Shown: positions 61,468-64,000 of the stretch, piece after piece | Position numbering within the stretch: position 1 is the first letter of the stretch | Layout of the letters: every line of letters begins with the position of its first letter | Source of the DNA: Polyangiales bacterium | GTDB lineage: Bacteria > Myxococcota_A > Polyangia > Polyangiales > JADJQN01 | Reading direction: 5' to 3' | NCBI GenBank assembly: GCA_964202905.1 | Contig: CAXNJO010000002.1 | Coordinates: 192,001 to 256,000 of the forward strand | DNA length: 64,000 nucleotides | Position numbers and translations under genes: made by a program | The notes under the pieces: generated by a model | Seen by the model: only the letters and a program-made list of their open reading frames with translations | Told to the model about the DNA's origin: nothing | Databases searched by the model: none

Positions 61468-63660
61468 CTACGGCGCAGCCGGCGCGGCGATCTCGGACAT
61501 CCCCGCGCGCCAGCTCTCGAAGAAGTGCAGCATCTGCCGCTGCGCGGCGTCGACGGGGTTGTCGATCGCCACGCTCGGCGAGGCGTCCGTGAAGGGCGGC
61601 ACGACGGGGTGCTCGACGTCCGCGGAGCCGCGCCGGGACGTGAGCATCCCGTGCGAGGCGGGCGTGAACACGGCGAGGCCGCGCGTCGCCATCGTGGCCG
61701 CGTCACCGAGGGCGACGTTGGCGCGCGCGGGAAACATGCCGGTCGCGAGGTCGGCGTAGCGCGGGGACGCGCCGAGCATCGGGATCCGCGCGGCCCGCGC
61801 GAGCGATTCGGTGCCGACGTTGTGGAGGCTCTCGTCGTCGAGGGCCATCTGCATCAGCACGTCGACGTCGCGCTCGCGGAGCGCGCGCGCATACCCGATC
61901 GAGTCGCCGCGATCGAAGAGCGTCTGCCACACGGACGACTGCTCGTAGAAGTACGCAGGGTCGTTCGGGTCGGTCGCGATGCCGCCGCGGAGCCCGAAGC
62001 GCTGAAGCAGAATCGGGAGGTACGACGTCGCATACGCCGGGCTCGTCGTCACGAAGCGCACGATGCTGCCGCCCGTGACGTTGAGCATCGCGGCGCCGAC
62101 GTCGGGCTCCATCGCGGCGAACATCGTGCCGATGATGCCACCCAGCGAGATGCCCACGAACGCCACGCGCGAGGGCGCGAAGCCGAGCGTCGAGAGGCCC
62201 GGATCCGCGCTGCGCACCGCGCTCAGGTCGCCGCTGCGCATCGTGTGCGTCACGGCCATGAGGTCGACGACCGCCTGCCGGAGCGCGTCTCGGAAGTAGA
62301 GCGGCGAGAAGGCGACGAGCTCGCCGTCCTCGTCCGAGATCCCCGTGAAGTCGAGGACGACGCCCGTGCCCGTCGCGTCCCCGAAGCCGTCGGGCGTCGC
62401 CTCGCCGGTGAAGCCGTTCTCGAAGTCCGGCGCGGTGCCGGCCGCGCGCAGGCCGTGGTACGGCGCGTCGATCGCGACGACCGCCCAGCCCGCCTCGGCG
62501 CATGCGTCGACGAGGCCGAGCGCGTTCCCGCGGTTGCCGCCGAGCCCGTGCTGGAAGACGATCAGCGGCAGCGCGGAGATATCCGTGGCTTCCGGCACGA
62601 AGAGCGTGAAGGGCACGTCCTCGGTGCGCTTGACGACGAGCGCGCCCGCCATGTCGCGCTCGAAGCGCCCGTGCCGCGCGGGCCCCGGCGAGGCGAAACT
62701 CGGCGACGGAATCGTGCCGTGCACCATCGCGCGGACGTGCGTGTGCAGGACGCCGCCCGGCACGTCCGAGCCCGCGAGCGGGGACTCGGGCACGCCGAGG
62801 CGCGCGTCGAGGGCCGCCAGCCCGACGACGGCTTCGCGCACGGTCGCGAGCGGCGCCGCGACCTCGTGCACCACCCCGCGCGCGTCGCGAAGGTCGTCCG
62901 TCACCGTCTGCACGTGGAAGACCGCGAGCCCGACGACGCGGGTGCGGGGGACCCCGGACGACTCGAGCGTCGCGAGCACGGGCGCGTACTCGTTCCACGC
63001 CGCGGCCTCGACCGCGTCCGCGGGGCGCGCCACCGCGTCACGGATCGCCGCGAAGCGCGGGTGCGGCGCGAGCGGCTCGCCATCGGCGTCGCGCACGGCG
63101 TCCGTGAGGACGGCGGCGTACATCCCGCCCTCGCGCAGCGGGTGCCCGTCCGCGGGACGGAGGGCGAGCTGCGAGCGCGCCGCGATCCAGCGCGCCTCGA
63201 CGGGGACGCGCGCGAGCGGCGTGTCCGAGCCCGTGTCGACGTCGAGGAGGAACGCGCTCGCGTCCTCCGTGGCAGACGCCGCGGTCGTCGCCGGGAGCGA
63301 GGCGGCGTCGAGCGCGCCGCTGAAGGAGAAGTACACCGGGGACACCTGGCCGAAGCCATCCACCTCACGCAGCGTCGTGCGGAGAGACGCGAGGAAGTCG
63401 GCGTCGCCGCGGCCTCCCTCGCCGGGCACCGCGCTCACGTCGATGCGGCCCTCGGCGTTCCGGTAGAGGTCGTCGGGCCAGGGGATGTCACCCAGCGCCA
63501 TCGGCCCCGCGGCGAGCGCGAAGTCGGGCGTCGTCGCGGCGGGAGGCGGCGGCGTCCCGGCCTCGTCGTCGCCACACGCCGCGAGCGTGAAGGCGAGCGC
63601 GCCGAGCGGGAGTGCGCGGAGGGAAAACGAAGTTCGAAGCGAAGTGCGGGCGTGGTTCAT
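61468..63660 (-). CDS. Lipoprotein with Ig-like N-terminal region and alpha/beta-hydrolase domain (extracellular lipase-like)
   Basis: Lipobox FTLAAC; PWPDD; FQHGLGG, AIDAPYHG, nucleophile elbow GISLG, C-terminal SHG. Confidence 0.85.
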   Translation of the reverse strand: MNHARTSLRTSFSLRALPLGALAFTLAACGDDEAGTPPPPAATTPDFALAAGPMALGDIPWPDDLYRNAEGRIDVSAVPGEGGRGDADFLASLRTTLREVDGFGQVSPVYFSFSGALDAASLPATTAASATEDASAFLLDVDTGSDTPLARVPVEARWIAARSQLALRPADGHPLREGGMYAAVLTDAVRDADGEPLAPHPRFAAIRDAVARPADAVEAAAWNEYAPVLATLESSGVPRTRVVGLAVFHVQTVTDDLRDARGVVHEVAAPLATVREAVVGLAALDARLGVPESPLAGSDVPGGVLHTHVRAMVHGTIPSPSFASPGPARHGRFERDMAGALVVKRTEDVPFTLFVPEATDISALPLIVFQHGLGGNRGNALGLVDACAEAGWAVVAIDAPYHGLRAAGTAPDFENGFTGEATPDGFGDATGTGVVLDFTGISDEDGELVAFSPLYFRDALRQAVVDLMAVTHTMRSGDLSAVRSADPGLSTLGFAPSRVAFVGISLGGIIGTMFAAMEPDVGAAMLNVTGGSIVRFVTTSPAYATSYLPILLQRFGLRGGIATDPNDPAYFYEQSSVWQTLFDRGDSIGYARALRERDVDVLMQMALDDESLHNVGTESLARAARIPMLGASPRYADLATGMFPARANVALGDAATMATRGLAVFTPASHGMLTSRRGSADVEHPVVPPFTDASPSVAIDNPVDAAQRQMLHFFESWRAGMSEIAAPAAP

Positions 63661-63745
63661 GGGTGCGGGCGGTCAAGGTTCCACGGAAGGACAAGCCCGG
63701 CAATCACGGTCCGCGCGTCCCCCGCGCGGGCGGGGGGACGCGGCT

Positions 63746-63774
63746 TTGACCTGATGATCCGCGGCGGCTAGAGT
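63746..63774 (+). promoter_or_regulatory. Putative sigma70 promoter TTGACC-N17-TAGAGT
   Basis: Read directly; upstream of ATG 63823. Confidence 0.65.
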
Positions 63775-63822
63775 CGCGAGGATTTTTCTGGCGGCTCGCG
63801 CGTCGAAGGCGCCTCGGGGACC

Positions 63823-64000
63823 ATGGCCAACGCAACCTGCACGAAGTGCCGCGCCTCGCTCCAGCCCGACGACAAGTTCTGCAAGAACTGCGGCGGGATG
63901 GTCGAACAGATCGCCGCCGAGGGCGAAGACCCGCGCGTCGGCAAGATCGTCGCCGACCGCTACCGCATCGCCAAGGTCCTCGGCGAAGGCGGCATGGGCC
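63823..64000 (+). CDS. Zinc-ribbon Ser/Thr protein kinase, 5' fragment
   Basis: MANATCTKC...FCKNCG...DRYRIAKVLGEGGMG, running off the window. Confidence 0.85.
   Translation, partial: MANATCTKCRASLQPDDKFCKNCGGMVEQIAAEGEDPRVGKIVADRYRIAKVLGEGGMG

Overview
Very GC-rich bacterial DNA with a gene content typical of Myxococcota (Polyangiales-like; this is an inference). It has five Hanks-type Ser/Thr kinases, an FHA-sigma54 activator, many Cys-rich lipoproteins, and housekeeping genes (mutS2, mutL, miaA, hflX, gcvT/gcvH, an acyl-CoA carboxylase beta subunit, dctA, a DEAD-box helicase, a CLC-F-type fluoride exporter). I found no rRNA, tRNA, CRISPR array, transposase or integrase. About 18 apparent single-base frameshifts, mostly +1 and eight of them in dctA, look like long-read errors rather than biology. 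Most notable: (1) a ~2,476-aa lipoprotein with 46 ADAM-disintegrin-like repeats nested inside a second repeat module, in blocks that tend to grow along the protein; (2) a fibrillin-like cbEGF lipoprotein; (3) an exported caspase-family protease with a tandem PPC-like array; (4) a helical-repeat/C-terminal-kinase plus signal-less M23 peptidase pair interrupting a glycosylation cluster; (5) recurrent TANNNT boxes 6-12 nt upstream of start codons, suggesting leaderless transcription; (6) an 18-bp TTGCA-periodic repeat inside mutL; (7) an in-frame MiaA/pseudo-receiver ORF; (8) a dispersed AT-rich 26-bp motif. All family assignments come from motif recognition by eye; no searches were run.
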